DNA of 59,250 bases, filler included. It is 6 parts of 6 records of this genome, joined end to end, with 100 filler letters (N's around TTAATTAATTAA, not from the genome) between each part and the next. Parts side by side here need not be neighbours in the genome. Positions count along the whole stretch, not along the records: positions 36,252 to 46,587 come from DRR723986_10020; 5 more parts are not named here. One strand, given 5' to 3'. Of the stretch, positions 36,295 through 46,687 are shown piece by piece. The notes beneath the pieces were generated by a model. It saw only the letters and a list, made by a program, of their open reading frames with translations, was not told where the DNA came from and made no database searches. Position 1 is the first letter of the stretch; each line of letters begins with the position of its first letter. The translations under genes and the position numbers were made by a program.

Positions 36295-38529
36295 TCAGGC
36301 GTAGGGGCCGTATTTCTGCACGATGATGCGGTAGTCCGCGTTCGGCAGGTCCACCGTCGCGCCGGTCGGGTTGAAATGCACCAGTGTGACCGTATCCGCC
36401 GCCGAGACATGGGCCGACAGGATGAGCCCGCCCAGCGAGGCCTCGCGCGCGACCTGCACGTGATCGTTGACCGCGGCGCCGGGGACGGTGATCGTCGTCG
36501 TGTTCGACCCGCCCGCCGCGATGCCGGGCGGGTTGTAGGCGGTCTCGGCATAGGCCATCTGGTCGTCGTTGTCGCGGATCCACGGCCGGATCGCGTTGTT
36601 GCCGCCGGTGATCCGCATGCCCGAGACGGCGCGGAAGCGGTTTTCGGTCATCCAGAACTTCGAGATCGTCGACCCGCACCAGATGCCGGTGGTGCAATCG
36701 GCGATGGTGTTGCCGCGCGCCTCGCCGCCGGACATCGAGGGCAGGCGGATGCCCTGGTTCCAGCCCGAGATCAGGTTGTCCTTGATCGAGGGGTTCACCA
36801 GCACCGAGTTGTTGATGAAGATGCCGTACTGGCCCGCGACCGGCGCCGGTTCGAGGCTGATGACCGTGTTGCGGTGGACGCGGGGGTCGGTGCAGGGTTC
36901 CAGCAGGATGCCGTTCGGGGCGAAGCTCCGGACCACGTTGCCCTCGACGACCGGCCGGATGGCCTGGGTGCCGCCGAATTCCGAGACCCGGATCGCCGCG
37001 GTCGAGACGGTGGCCGTGGCATCCTCGGCGAAGGCCGAGTTGTTGCGGAAGGCGCAGTCGATCTGGCGTCCGGTGGCGCCGACGGGGGTGTTTTCGGCGT
37101 CCATGATCACCGCGCAGGCCGAACCCGCCTTGAGGAAGACCTTGTTGCTGACGAATTCGCAGCTGTCGACCGACTGCATCAGCTTCAGCGGCGCGATGCT
37201 GGGCCCCCAGCTGCCCCATGTGTCATGCGGCGAGGTCCAGATCACCGTATTGCCCGAGGCGACGCTGTGCGCGGCGCCCTCGACCATGCAGATGCCCCAC
37301 CAGGTGCTGTCGGCCACGGTGTTGCCGGTGATCGCCACCGCGGTGCAGTTCTCGTTGACGATGCCGCGGCGGAAGGGCCCGTAGACCACGTTCCCGGTGA
37401 TCGCCATCATGGCATCGTCATGCGGCGCGCTGGTGGTCTTGAAGCCCGGCAGGCCCTCGACGTGGATGCCGATGCGGCAGTCCTGCCCGCTGCGCGCGTT
37501 GACGATGTTGCCCTGGATCGTCGCCATGGCGCCCCAGACCACGATGCCGTCGCCGCGATCCTCGCCGAAGGCCGAGGCCGAGGCCTGCCCGCCGCCGGCG
37601 CCGATGCAGTCCTTCACCCGGTTGCCGATGATGCGGATGTTGTGGAACTCGCCCGAGGCCCGCACCGCGATGCCGTTCTGGAAGCCGTCGATCTCGCAGC
37701 CCTCGACCAGAACCTCGTCGGCCATGATCTCGATGCCGTAGTTGCGCCCGCCGTCCTGCGCCTGCAGGGCGTTGGGGTTGCACAGCCTGAGGCCGCTGAA
37801 GGTGCAGCCGTCGGCGGTGCATTGCAGGCCCGCCTTCTGCGCCACGCCGGCGGTGAAGCGCAGCACCCCCGGCCCGGTCAGGGACAGCGGCTTGTCGATG
37901 ACGATGCCGTCGTCCAGATCCATCGACCAGCCGGCGGGGTGGTTCAGGGTCGCGCCCTCGGGCAGCTTGTCGATCACCGCCTGATACTGGGCGGCGCTTT
38001 CGGGCCGGAAGGCGGTGATGTCGTAGCCCGCCGCACCCGGCAGGACCTTCAGCTTCACCCCGCCCTGCGTGACGAGATGCGGCTCTGCCTCTTCGGCGGG
38101 GCAGACCCGGTAGGAAAAGCCGGTGTCATAGGCATGGACGATGTCGCCCTCGCCGATGCGCTGGCCGTCCGGGGTGTCGGAATAGGAGAACAGCGCATCC
38201 TGAAGCAGCGCCTCGGTCTTCGAGAAACCGTAGGCGATGTCGGAACTGCCGTCGCTGCGGATGTCGATCGCCGCCTCGTCGTAAAGGACGTCGCCGGTGC
38301 GCGACACCGCGCGGACCGCGTAGACCCCGTCCTCGAGGAAGAACATCGGGAAGCGGCCGTCCTGGTTGGCCTTCAGCGGGTTCGGCAGCATCCGGCTGAG
38401 ACCCCGGTCCGCGAAGATCGGCCGCGAGGCGCCGCTGGTGCCGGACCTCACGGTCAGCACGGCCCTCGGGTGGGATTGGGTTGCGGCCTCGACGGCGCTC
38501 TTGAGGTTTCGGCTGTCGATGTTGGGCAT
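36295..38529 (-). CDS. Right-handed parallel beta-helix protein, phage tailspike/depolymerase-like
   Basis: Repeated I.GN.V / GI.. beta-helix rungs; N-terminal NPLKANQDGRF...Y head-binding-like region; C-terminal PPGIAAG...TVPGAAVND...AHVSAADTVT...NPTGATVDL domain; GAGG RBS. Confidence 0.75.
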   Translation of the reverse strand: MPNIDSRNLKSAVEAATQSHPRAVLTVRSGTSGASRPIFADRGLSRMLPNPLKANQDGRFPMFFLEDGVYAVRAVSRTGDVLYDEAAIDIRSDGSSDIAYGFSKTEALLQDALFSYSDTPDGQRIGEGDIVHAYDTGFSYRVCPAEEAEPHLVTQGGVKLKVLPGAAGYDITAFRPESAAQYQAVIDKLPEGATLNHPAGWSMDLDDGIVIDKPLSLTGPGVLRFTAGVAQKAGLQCTADGCTFSGLRLCNPNALQAQDGGRNYGIEIMADEVLVEGCEIDGFQNGIAVRASGEFHNIRIIGNRVKDCIGAGGGQASASAFGEDRGDGIVVWGAMATIQGNIVNARSGQDCRIGIHVEGLPGFKTTSAPHDDAMMAITGNVVYGPFRRGIVNENCTAVAITGNTVADSTWWGICMVEGAAHSVASGNTVIWTSPHDTWGSWGPSIAPLKLMQSVDSCEFVSNKVFLKAGSACAVIMDAENTPVGATGRQIDCAFRNNSAFAEDATATVSTAAIRVSEFGGTQAIRPVVEGNVVRSFAPNGILLEPCTDPRVHRNTVISLEPAPVAGQYGIFINNSVLVNPSIKDNLISGWNQGIRLPSMSGGEARGNTIADCTTGIWCGSTISKFWMTENRFRAVSGMRITGGNNAIRPWIRDNDDQMAYAETAYNPPGIAAGGSNTTTITVPGAAVNDHVQVAREASLGGLILSAHVSAADTVTLVHFNPTGATVDLPNADYRIIVQKYGPYA

Positions 38530-38869
38530 GTCTTACCTCGGGATCGTGTGGGGACCGGGCAGCCTTTTCGGGGCCAGCTGACCCGGGGGGGGCCGGGCCA
38601 GGGCGCCCGGGCTCCGGGGTGACGCAGGATGTCCCGGCTGAAGCGAAGCGGTTGCGGGATGTGGGCGGGAGTCTTGTCGGTCCCGGTGAACGGGGAATTA
38701 ACCCTGCGCGCGGTGCCGGCGCCCGCCCGGCGGGCAGGCCGCTGCCGGGCGGCCCCGCGGGGCGGGTCAAACCGGCACGGACATGCGATCGCGCATTGAC
38801 ATGCCGCGGGGGGGCACGTCTTAAGGTTCCGGATCGAAACGGGTGGCGGCGGATCGGGGGCGCAGTGAC

Positions 38870-40996
38870 ATGCATCAGGGTTTGCTGAAGGCGGACGAAC
38901 AGGCAGGAGCGGAGGATACCTTCGACATCGGGCAGGTCTTCAACGTCCTGTGGCGGGGAAAGCTGTTCCTGATGGTCTGCGCCGTGCTCGCGGTGCTGGC
39001 GGGGGGCTACAACGCCTATGTCGTGGCCACGCCGATCTACAGCGCCACCAGCGTGATCATGCTCAACACCCGCCCCGAGCAGGTCGTCAACCTCGAGGGG
39101 GTGATGGGCGGGCTGAGCAACGACGCCACCGTCGTCAACACGGAGCTCGAGGTGCTCAAGAGCCGCGAGTTGGTGGGCAAGGTGGTCGACCGTCTGGATC
39201 TCGTGAACGACCCCGAGTTCAACCTCCGCCTGAGCGATCCCTCCATGCTGGCGCTGACGCGCACTTGGGTGCGGCGGCTGTTCCGCGGGGCGGCCCCCGA
39301 TCTCGACGTGCCCGACGCGGTCGAGCAGGAGCGCATCCGCAACGCGGTGATCACCGCGGTGAACGACCGGCTTGCGATCTCGAACGTGTCGCGCAGCCTC
39401 GTCTTCCGGATCGTCGCCCGGACCACCGACGGGACGAAATCCGCCCGCATCGCCGATGCCCTCGCAGAGGCCTACATCCTCAACCAGATCGAGGTGAAAT
39501 ACGACGCCACGGAGCAGGCCACCACATGGCTCACCGACCGGGTGGCAGAGCTTCAGGTGGCGCTGGAGAATGCCGAGAACCGGGTCAAGGCGCATCGCAC
39601 CGGCACCGATCTGGTCAGCTTCGAGGCGCTGCAGACGCTCGAGGTGCAGCTCAAGGTGTTGCGCGACCGGATCCGCGACACCGGGGTGCAGGCCGGAGCC
39701 GCGCGCGCCCGGCTTGCCGCGCTCGAGGCCGCCGAAACCCCCGAGGCCCGCGCCGAGGCCGCCGACGACGCGATCCTGCGCCGCCTGCTGCCACGGCTGG
39801 ATACCGGCGGCTCCGAGGACCGCGAGACCTTCACCCAGCGCTACGACACGCTGGTCCAGCAGGCCCGCCTCAACCTCCAGCGCTCCGAGGAGCAGCTTGC
39901 CTCGCTGCGGGACTCCGAGGCCGAGATGGAGCAGCGGATCGAGCGCCAGAACGCCGACCTGATCACGCTGCAGCAGCTCGACCGCGAGGCCGAGGCCAGC
40001 CGCCTGCTCTACGAGCACTTCCTGAACCGCCTCAAGGAGACCTCGGCCCAGCAGGGGGTGCAGCAGGCCGACAGCCGCATCCTGTCGCGCGCGGTGGTGC
40101 CGCTGTTCCCGAGCGAGCCGGACAAGTCGATGATGCTGCTGATCAGCGGCTTCCTCGGGCTGTTCCTCGGCAGCGTCTTCCTGTTCCTGCGCGAGCTGCG
40201 CAGCTCGACCTTCCGCATCCCCGAGACGCTGGAGCGCAAGACCGGCTACCCGGTGATCGGTCAGGTGCCGAAGATCCCCGGGCGCAACCGCTGGCGCAAC
40301 ATCGCCTACCTCGCCGAGATGCCGACCTCGGCGGCGGCGGAATCGGTGCGCAACCTGCGGACCTCGGTGCTGATGTCGAACCTCGACCGGCCGCCGCAGG
40401 TCATCATGCTGTGCTCCTCGGTGCCGGGCGAGGGCAAGACCACCCTGTCCTGGGCGCTGGCGCAGAACTTCGCCGGCATGGGGCGGCGCACCCTGCTGAT
40501 CGAGGGCGACATCCGCCGCCGGATCTTCTCGCAGCACATGGACGCCAGCCGCAACGGCGGTCTGGTGGCGGTGATGACCCGCGAGATCACCGTCGCCGAG
40601 GCGGTCAGCCACGACGAGACGGCGGGCATCGACGTGCTGATGTCGGGCCAGTCGCCCGCGAACCCGGCGGACCTTCTGTCGTCGCAGCGCTTCGTCGAAC
40701 TGCTGCAGGAACTGCGCGGGCTCTACGACCAGATCATCATCGACACGCCGCCGGTGCTGGTGGTGCCCGACGCGCGGATCATCGCGCAGCACGTCGATAC
40801 GACGATCTTCGTGGTCAAGTGGGACGCGACGCCCTCGGATCAGGTGCTGGCCTCGCTGCGCGCCTTCGAAAGCGCGGGCCACCGGGTCGGCGGCTTTGCC
40901 CTGAACGGCATCAACCCGCGCGGCGTGCGCCGCTACGGCTACGGCGCCAACTACGGCGCCTACGGCTCTTACGGGTCGAAATACTACAACAACTGA
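38870..40996 (+). CDS. wzc: Polysaccharide co-polymerase / tyrosine autokinase (Wzc/ExoP family)
   Basis: Wzz-like N-terminus, coiled coil, Walker A SSVPGEGKTT, IIIDTPP, C-terminal Tyr cluster YGYGANYGAYGSYGSKYY. Confidence 0.92.
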   Translation: MHQGLLKADEQAGAEDTFDIGQVFNVLWRGKLFLMVCAVLAVLAGGYNAYVVATPIYSATSVIMLNTRPEQVVNLEGVMGGLSNDATVVNTELEVLKSRELVGKVVDRLDLVNDPEFNLRLSDPSMLALTRTWVRRLFRGAAPDLDVPDAVEQERIRNAVITAVNDRLAISNVSRSLVFRIVARTTDGTKSARIADALAEAYILNQIEVKYDATEQATTWLTDRVAELQVALENAENRVKAHRTGTDLVSFEALQTLEVQLKVLRDRIRDTGVQAGAARARLAALEAAETPEARAEAADDAILRRLLPRLDTGGSEDRETFTQRYDTLVQQARLNLQRSEEQLASLRDSEAEMEQRIERQNADLITLQQLDREAEASRLLYEHFLNRLKETSAQQGVQQADSRILSRAVVPLFPSEPDKSMMLLISGFLGLFLGSVFLFLRELRSSTFRIPETLERKTGYPVIGQVPKIPGRNRWRNIAYLAEMPTSAAAESVRNLRTSVLMSNLDRPPQVIMLCSSVPGEGKTTLSWALAQNFAGMGRRTLLIEGDIRRRIFSQHMDASRNGGLVAVMTREITVAEAVSHDETAGIDVLMSGQSPANPADLLSSQRFVELLQELRGLYDQIIIDTPPVLVVPDARIIAQHVDTTIFVVKWDATPSDQVLASLRAFESAGHRVGGFALNGINPRGVRRYGYGANYGAYGSYGSKYYNN

Positions 40997-41247
40997 CGCG
41001 GCGCCGGACGGGGTGGTCAGATCAGGCCTAAGGCGCCGCGCTGGCGCGCCAGCCGACGCCACGGGGCGGGCCTGTCGCGCCGCCGGGGGGCAGGTGCTGC
41101 CCCGGCGGTCCTTGCCGGTGGGCCCTCGGGGGGGGCATGCGCGTCGGGAGGGGAGGCTGGGGACGGCCGCACCTCCGCAGGGGCCGGTCCGGAAGCGGGG
41201 CTGTTCCCCCGGATGGGACGCGCCCCGACAGCCGGAGCGGGAAGGGC

Positions 41248-43047
41248 TCAACCGGCCGAGGCCATGTCCCGGAAGGTCTCGCTGCTTTCGAGCAAGTCGT
41301 CGTAGCGCCCTTCGGCCAGCTTGCGGCCGCGCTCCAGCAGGATGATGCGGTCGCAGTCGCGCACCGTGCTCAGGCGGTGGGCGATCATGATCACCGTCTT
41401 GTCGCGGCCGATGGCATGGACCGCCTCCATCACCGCGCGCTCCGTCAGGTTGTCGAGCGCGCTCGTCGCCTCGTCGAGGATCAGCACGTCGGGGTCGTGA
41501 TACAGCGCGCGGGCGATGCCGATGCGCTGGCGCTGCCCGCCGGACAGGCGCAGGCCGCGGTCGCCGACCATGGTCTCGTAGCCTTGGGGCAGTTCGTCGA
41601 GGACGAAGTCGTGCAGGGAGGCGATGCGGGCGGCGCGCTCGACCGCGGCGCGGTCGATCTGGTCCTCGGGGATGCCGAAGGCGATGTTGCCCGCCACCGA
41701 GCGGTCGGCGAGGTAGATCTGCTGCGGCACGTAGCCCACGCTGCGCTGCCAGGTCCTGAGGGTGGCCTCGGTCACCGGCTCTCCGTCCACCAGAAGCGCG
41801 CCCTGCTGCGGCCGTAGAAGCCCGAGGATCAGGTCGATCACCGTGGTCTTGCCCGCGCCGGTCCCGCCGACGATGCCGATCTTCTCGCCGGTCGGGAATT
41901 CCAGCGACAGCCCCTCCAGCGCGGTCCGCTCGGCGCCGGGATAGGCGTAATGCACCGCGTCGAGCGCGATGCCCCGCCCGGGGTGCAGCCGGGGGCCGCC
42001 GGGGTCCGCCGCGGCGGACAGGGCGCTGCCGAAGGCGGTCAGCTCGCCCCGCACGAAGTCGAGGTTGGCCTGGTTGGCGCGCAGCAGGGCGAGGTTCTGG
42101 TAGACCTGCTGCAACTGCGGGAACAGCCGCGTGACCGACACCGCGATCAGCCCCAGCACCGGGATCAGGTCCTCCATGTCGCCGCCGCGGGCGTGCATCA
42201 GGATCAGGATGCCGACGATCAGCCCGCCGTAGGCCACGCCCTCGACCGCGTAGCGCGGGGCATGGCCCATCACCGCTTCCTTGCTGCGGATCTCGGCCAT
42301 CTCGCGCGTCGCGGTGGAGAACCTCCGCATGAAGGGCGCCTCGAGCCCCATGAGCTTCACCTCCTTGGCGCCGTTCATGACCTCGTGCACCGTGCGGAAG
42401 CGGATCTTGTTCACCGCCAGCCGCCGCTGGCCGAGGCGGTGGAGGTTCTGGCGCAGGGCAAGGTAGATCAGCACGTAGGCGCCGCCGATCGTCACGAAGG
42501 CGCCGACCGCGATCCAGGGCTGGACCAGCAGCAGCAGCACCACGATGGCGGCGGAGATGGTGGCCGCCTGCACGAAACGCAGCGCCGGCAGGATGTAGCC
42601 CGCGACCGAGGTCTCGACCTCGGAGAGCACCGTCTTGGACAGTTCGGCGGGGTGGCGGGTCAGGAACCATGTGTAGGGCTGGGCAAGGTAGCCTGCCAGC
42701 AGCCGCGTGGCGATGCTGTGCGAGCGCATCAGGCCGAAGCGGGTCAGCGCGTAGAGCGCGCCCAGCCGCACGGTGACGCTGACGAGCACCAGGGCAAACA
42801 GCGCGATCCCCACCGCCGAGGCGAAGCCCATGGCATCCTCGAAGCCCAGCACGCCGTTGATCCGGGCAAGGACGGGGTTGGTCTCGATGATGCCGGGGTT
42901 CATGACGATGGCGAGGAAGGGCATGATCCCGGCCAGGCTGGTGGTCTCGAAAAGCGCCGCCACCGCGACCAGTCCCAGCAGCATCCAGAAGCGGCTTCTT
43001 TCCCGGGGCGTCAGAAGGTCGAATATCTTGCGGTAATGGGCCAGCAT
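41248..43047 (-). CDS. ABC exporter, fused permease + ATPase (glycan-export type)
   Basis: TM domain plus GGTGAGKTT, LSGGQRQRIGIARA, LILDEATSALD, IAHRL. Confidence 0.9.
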   Translation of the reverse strand: MLAHYRKIFDLLTPRERSRFWMLLGLVAVAALFETTSLAGIMPFLAIVMNPGIIETNPVLARINGVLGFEDAMGFASAVGIALFALVLVSVTVRLGALYALTRFGLMRSHSIATRLLAGYLAQPYTWFLTRHPAELSKTVLSEVETSVAGYILPALRFVQAATISAAIVVLLLLVQPWIAVGAFVTIGGAYVLIYLALRQNLHRLGQRRLAVNKIRFRTVHEVMNGAKEVKLMGLEAPFMRRFSTATREMAEIRSKEAVMGHAPRYAVEGVAYGGLIVGILILMHARGGDMEDLIPVLGLIAVSVTRLFPQLQQVYQNLALLRANQANLDFVRGELTAFGSALSAAADPGGPRLHPGRGIALDAVHYAYPGAERTALEGLSLEFPTGEKIGIVGGTGAGKTTVIDLILGLLRPQQGALLVDGEPVTEATLRTWQRSVGYVPQQIYLADRSVAGNIAFGIPEDQIDRAAVERAARIASLHDFVLDELPQGYETMVGDRGLRLSGGQRQRIGIARALYHDPDVLILDEATSALDNLTERAVMEAVHAIGRDKTVIMIAHRLSTVRDCDRIILLERGRKLAEGRYDDLLESSETFRDMASAG

Positions 43048-43425
43048 GGGAATCCCCTTGGTTCGCCGAGCCTTATCGGGCAGCGCGCCCGGCATGTCCA
43101 CTTGAGGGGGCGGCAGGGCGTCGAGGCGGGTCTCGGCAGGGCGGTCCGCAGCGCCCGGCGACCCGGATGGCAGCCGCACCCCGGAAGGCCGGGTCCGGGG
43201 CGCATGTCCGCCGAGTGCCCCCCAAGGTGGGGAATTCCGCCACCCCGGCGCGGCGCCCTCGGGTTGCAACGGGTCGGGGGGCTCTGTAAATCACGGGCCG
43301 AAGAGTCACGGCACGGAGCCGCACGCAGACAGCAGGGCCGCATTTCCCGGGCCTGCGCATCGGGCCGCCCCATTCAGGGCCCAAGGCCCCAGTCCGCCCC
43401 CAAGGCGTCCACGGAGACCCCCCAG

Positions 43426-44484
43426 ATGACCTCACCCTATGCCGATCTCGAGCCCCGGGCCTATTGGCGCAGCGGCGTGGCCGATCGCGGCGCCATCGAC
43501 CGCTCCGACCTCTACCGGCCCAAGTTCCGCATCACCCGCCGCCAGCGCATCGCCACCGCCGGCTCCTGCTTTGCCCAGCATGTGGGCCGCACCCTTTCCC
43601 GTGCCGGTTTCAACGTGCTCGACACGGAGCCCGGCCCCGCGGTGCCGCCCGCCACGCTGAACGCCTATGGTTACGGGCTCTATTCCGCGCGCTACGGCAA
43701 CATCTACACCGCGCGCCAGCTGCTCCAGCTGCTGCGCGAGGCCTTCAAGGATCTCAGGCCCGCCCACCCGGTCTGGGAGAAGGATGGCCGCTTCTACGAC
43801 GCCTTCCGCCCCTCGGTGGAACCGCAGGGCCTGCCCACGGCAGAGGACGTGCTCCGCCACCGCGCCGGGCATCTGCAGGCGGTGCGCGCGCTGTTCCGGC
43901 AAACGGATGTCTTCGTCTTCACCTTCGGGCTGACCGAGACATGGGAGGCGCGCGACGGCACCGTCTATCCCACCGCCCCGGGCACCATCGCCGGGCAATA
44001 CGACCCCGAGACCTTCGCCTTCCTGAACATGCGCTACCACGACGTGCTCTCGGACTTCCGCGCCGTCCGCAAGCTGTTGCGCAGCCTGAACCCGAAGATG
44101 CGCTTCCTCGTGACCGTCTCGCCGGTGCCGCTGACCGCCACCGCCTCGGGGCACCATGTCGAGGCCGCCTCGAGCTATTCGAAGTCGGTGCTGCGCGCGG
44201 TCTGCGGCGCGCTGATGGAGGATCACAAGGACGTGGACTACTTCCCCTCCTACGAGGTGATCACCACTCAGACCGCTCTGGGCGCCAACTTCGCGCCGAA
44301 CTTTCGGACGGTGCGGCAGGAGGGTGTGGACCGCGCCATGGGCCTGTTCATGAACGCGCAGGAGGAAGGCGCACCGGCGGAGGAAACGAAGCCGGACGAC
44401 AGCGCCGCAGCCGACATACGGGGCATGGACGAGGATGACGGGCTGATCTGCGAAGAAGCCCTGCTGGAGGCTTTTGCCAGATGA
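43426..44484 (+). CDS. GSCFA-domain protein
   Basis: TAGSCFAQH, FTFGLTETW, TVSPVPL, SKSVLRA, YFPSYE; GGAG RBS. Confidence 0.9.
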   Translation: MTSPYADLEPRAYWRSGVADRGAIDRSDLYRPKFRITRRQRIATAGSCFAQHVGRTLSRAGFNVLDTEPGPAVPPATLNAYGYGLYSARYGNIYTARQLLQLLREAFKDLRPAHPVWEKDGRFYDAFRPSVEPQGLPTAEDVLRHRAGHLQAVRALFRQTDVFVFTFGLTETWEARDGTVYPTAPGTIAGQYDPETFAFLNMRYHDVLSDFRAVRKLLRSLNPKMRFLVTVSPVPLTATASGHHVEAASSYSKSVLRAVCGALMEDHKDVDYFPSYEVITTQTALGANFAPNFRTVRQEGVDRAMGLFMNAQEEGAPAEETKPDDSAAADIRGMDEDDGLICEEALLEAFAR

Positions 44485-45278
44485 CACGGTCCGTCCTGTT
44501 TCTGGGAAATTCCCACATCGCCGCCCTGCGCCTTGCGTGGAAAGAGAGCCGCGACGCCTTTGCCGGTTGGTCCGTGTCCTTCTTTGCTGCCAACTCCAAG
44601 CTCTTCAATGCGCTCGAAATGGACGCCAACAAGGTTTTCGGGGTCCACCGGGAAGAAGCCTACTCCGACGAACACCTGAAATTCCTGAAGCATGTCTGCG
44701 GCGGATACACAGTGGATCTCATGCGGTTCGATTATGTGGTTCTGGTGGGACGCAACATCAACGAAGCGGATTGCCTGCTGCAGATGGAGCCCTACAGCAT
44801 CGACGGGCTGCGCGAGGATCCCGAGCGTACGCCGTTGTCGCGCCCGGCCTTCGACGCCTTCGCGACGGAGATTGCCCGCAAGCGCCTGCCCGATGCGATC
44901 TGGCAAGGCTGGGACCACCCGCGCCTGTCGCTCTTGCCCGCGCCCGCGCCACTCTCCGGCTGCCCGGAGGAGGAAGCGCGTTACGCCCCTTGGGCACGCT
45001 TCGAGGCCGACCCGCTCAGCGGCCCATCCCTGCTGGAGGCCTATCGTGCGCGGGTCGCGGCGCTCTATGCCGCATACGACGTGACCTTGCTGACCCGGCC
45101 CGAGGCGGTCCATGACGCTTCGGGACTGACCCGGCCCGAATTCGGTGATCCGTCGCTCCGGCTGCATCCCAAGGCTGATGATCTGCCCGACAGCGACCAC
45201 CACCACATGAGCCCGGCCTATGGAAAGCTGGTGCTGGAGCATGTGCTCGCGCGCCTTGATGCCGGCCCGGAGGCTTGA
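44481..45278 (+). CDS. Hypothetical protein, possible SGNH-like esterase
   Basis: FLGNSH near the N-terminus and DHHHM...YG near the C-terminus; ATGA overlap with GSCFA gene. Confidence 0.6.
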   Translation: MTRSVLFLGNSHIAALRLAWKESRDAFAGWSVSFFAANSKLFNALEMDANKVFGVHREEAYSDEHLKFLKHVCGGYTVDLMRFDYVVLVGRNINEADCLLQMEPYSIDGLREDPERTPLSRPAFDAFATEIARKRLPDAIWQGWDHPRLSLLPAPAPLSGCPEEEARYAPWARFEADPLSGPSLLEAYRARVAALYAAYDVTLLTRPEAVHDASGLTRPEFGDPSLRLHPKADDLPDSDHHHMSPAYGKLVLEHVLARLDAGPEA

Positions 45279-45335
45279 ACCGGGACCCGGCCCTGACGTA
45301 ACCCTTCCCCGACACCATTCGAAAGCGACACTGCC

Positions 45336-45995
45336 GTGAAACCGATCAAGCAAGGCCTCTACGGAACCGATCCCTACGCGGGCTTCGACACCTCATGGGC
45401 GGACCCGGACCTGCAGGGCTGGGGCCATGAGCACGGGATCTTTTCCGCTTCGATCAAGCGGGTGAAGCCGAAGCTCATCGTCGAGGTCGGCACATGGAAG
45501 GGCGCCTCGGCGATCCACATGGGCAAGCTGTGCCGCGAGTTGGGCTACGACGCGGAAATCGTCTGCGTCGACACCTTCTTGGGACCGCACAACACCTACC
45601 TGCACAGCGACAGCGACAGCCACCGCGAGCGGCTGGAATCCCTGCGCTCCGTGAACGGCTTCCCGATGCTGTACTACACCTTCCTGCGCAACGTCATCGA
45701 CGCGGGGCTGCAGGACACCATCACGCCGCTGCCGCAGACGTCGGAGCACGCGGCCAAGACGCTGCGCCACCTGCGCGCGCGGGCCGACATCATCTACCTC
45801 GACGCCGCGCGCGAGAAGGAGGCCGTGGCCCGCGACCTGAACTGGTACTGGCCGCTGCTGCGCAAGGGCGGGCACCTGATCGGCAACGACTTCAAGAACG
45901 ACGCGGTGCGCGAGGGGACCGAGAAATTCGCGGCCCGCATGAAGATCGACGGCCCCGAGGGGCTGGGCGGCAAGTTCCGCTTCGTCAAATCCTGA
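45336..45995 (+). CDS. Class I SAM-dependent methyltransferase (Methyltransf_24-like)
   Basis: IVEVGTWKGAS, CVDTF, IYLDA, LRKGG.LIG. Confidence 0.85.
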   Translation: MKPIKQGLYGTDPYAGFDTSWADPDLQGWGHEHGIFSASIKRVKPKLIVEVGTWKGASAIHMGKLCRELGYDAEIVCVDTFLGPHNTYLHSDSDSHRERLESLRSVNGFPMLYYTFLRNVIDAGLQDTITPLPQTSEHAAKTLRHLRARADIIYLDAAREKEAVARDLNWYWPLLRKGGHLIGNDFKNDAVREGTEKFAARMKIDGPEGLGGKFRFVKS

Positions 45996-46017
45996 CGCAG
46001 GCCGCTGCCGGGCGATG

Positions 46018-46052
46018 AAAGGGCGGGCCGGGACACCGGCGCCGCCCTTTTT
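46018..46052 (+). terminator. Intrinsic terminator
   Basis: AAAGGGCGG...CCGCCCTTTTT hairpin after the methyltransferase gene. Confidence 0.7.
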
Positions 46053-46217
46053 CGTGCCGGGGTGACCCCTTTCCGGGACTGCGCCGGGGCAAGGGGGCCT
46101 CCGGGGGCTGCTTCCCGGCTGGACGGGAACCTCCCCGGTGGCGTCGTGCCCCCCGGGGGCGGACGCGCGGGCCGCCCCTGGGCATGTCCCGGCCCGCGTT
46201 GGCATTGCCGCGTTGAT

Positions 46218-46282
46218 GCGCGACCAATCTGACCCTGCTGCGTCGTCGCGCGATCAGTTTGACCCTACCCCGTCGCCGCGCG
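46218..46282 (+). repeat. Imperfect 30-bp tandem repeat, possible IS-end remnant
   Basis: GCGCGACCAATCTGACCCTGCTGCGTCGTC / GCGCGATCAGTTTGACCCTACCCCGTCGCC, 23/30 identical. Confidence 0.45.
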
Positions 46283-46587
46283 TCATGGGGTGTCCCGCCA
46301 TCCGGTTGCCCCGCCGAAGGCAGTGCGACCGGGGCGGCAATCCCCGGGTGTCCGTCAGGCGTGTGTCCCGCCGCCGGGGCCGGATGCCGTTTCGCCCCCG
46401 AACGCGCCCTGCCGGGGCGGGGACCTCAGGGACCTGCGCCGCCGTCGCATCACGGCATCACCGCGCGGCAGGGGCTGTCCCTTCATCCCGTCCGGAGACC
46501 TGAGCCCAGCCGACGGCAACGCGACAGGGTGCCTTTCGGGAGCCTGCCCCATGGCCTTCAGAGGATCAGGTCGCCCGCCGTCAGCGC

Positions 46588-46687
46588 NNNNNNNNNNNNN
46601 NNNNNNNNNNNNNNNNNNNNNNNNNNNNNNNTTAATTAATTAANNNNNNNNNNNNNNNNNNNNNNNNNNNNNNNNNNNNNNNNNNNN
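46588..46687. other. Artificial contig linker
   Basis: N-run with central TTAATTAATTAA. Confidence 0.99.

Noticed and set aside
38796-38827. TTGACA promoter upstream of wzc
   Set aside because: The best -10 match is 20 bp away, too far to support a call
38126-42670. 1514-aa minus-strand ORF and other long Arg/Gly/Pro-rich ORFs (36376-38622, 38950-41031, 47316-50267, 22282-23862)
   Set aside because: Shadow frames of high-GC genes that have clear family motifs in another frame
41950-43425. Apparent N-terminal extension making an 844-aa GSCFA fusion
   Set aside because: Antisense to the ABC exporter; a proper RBS and ATG lie at 43426
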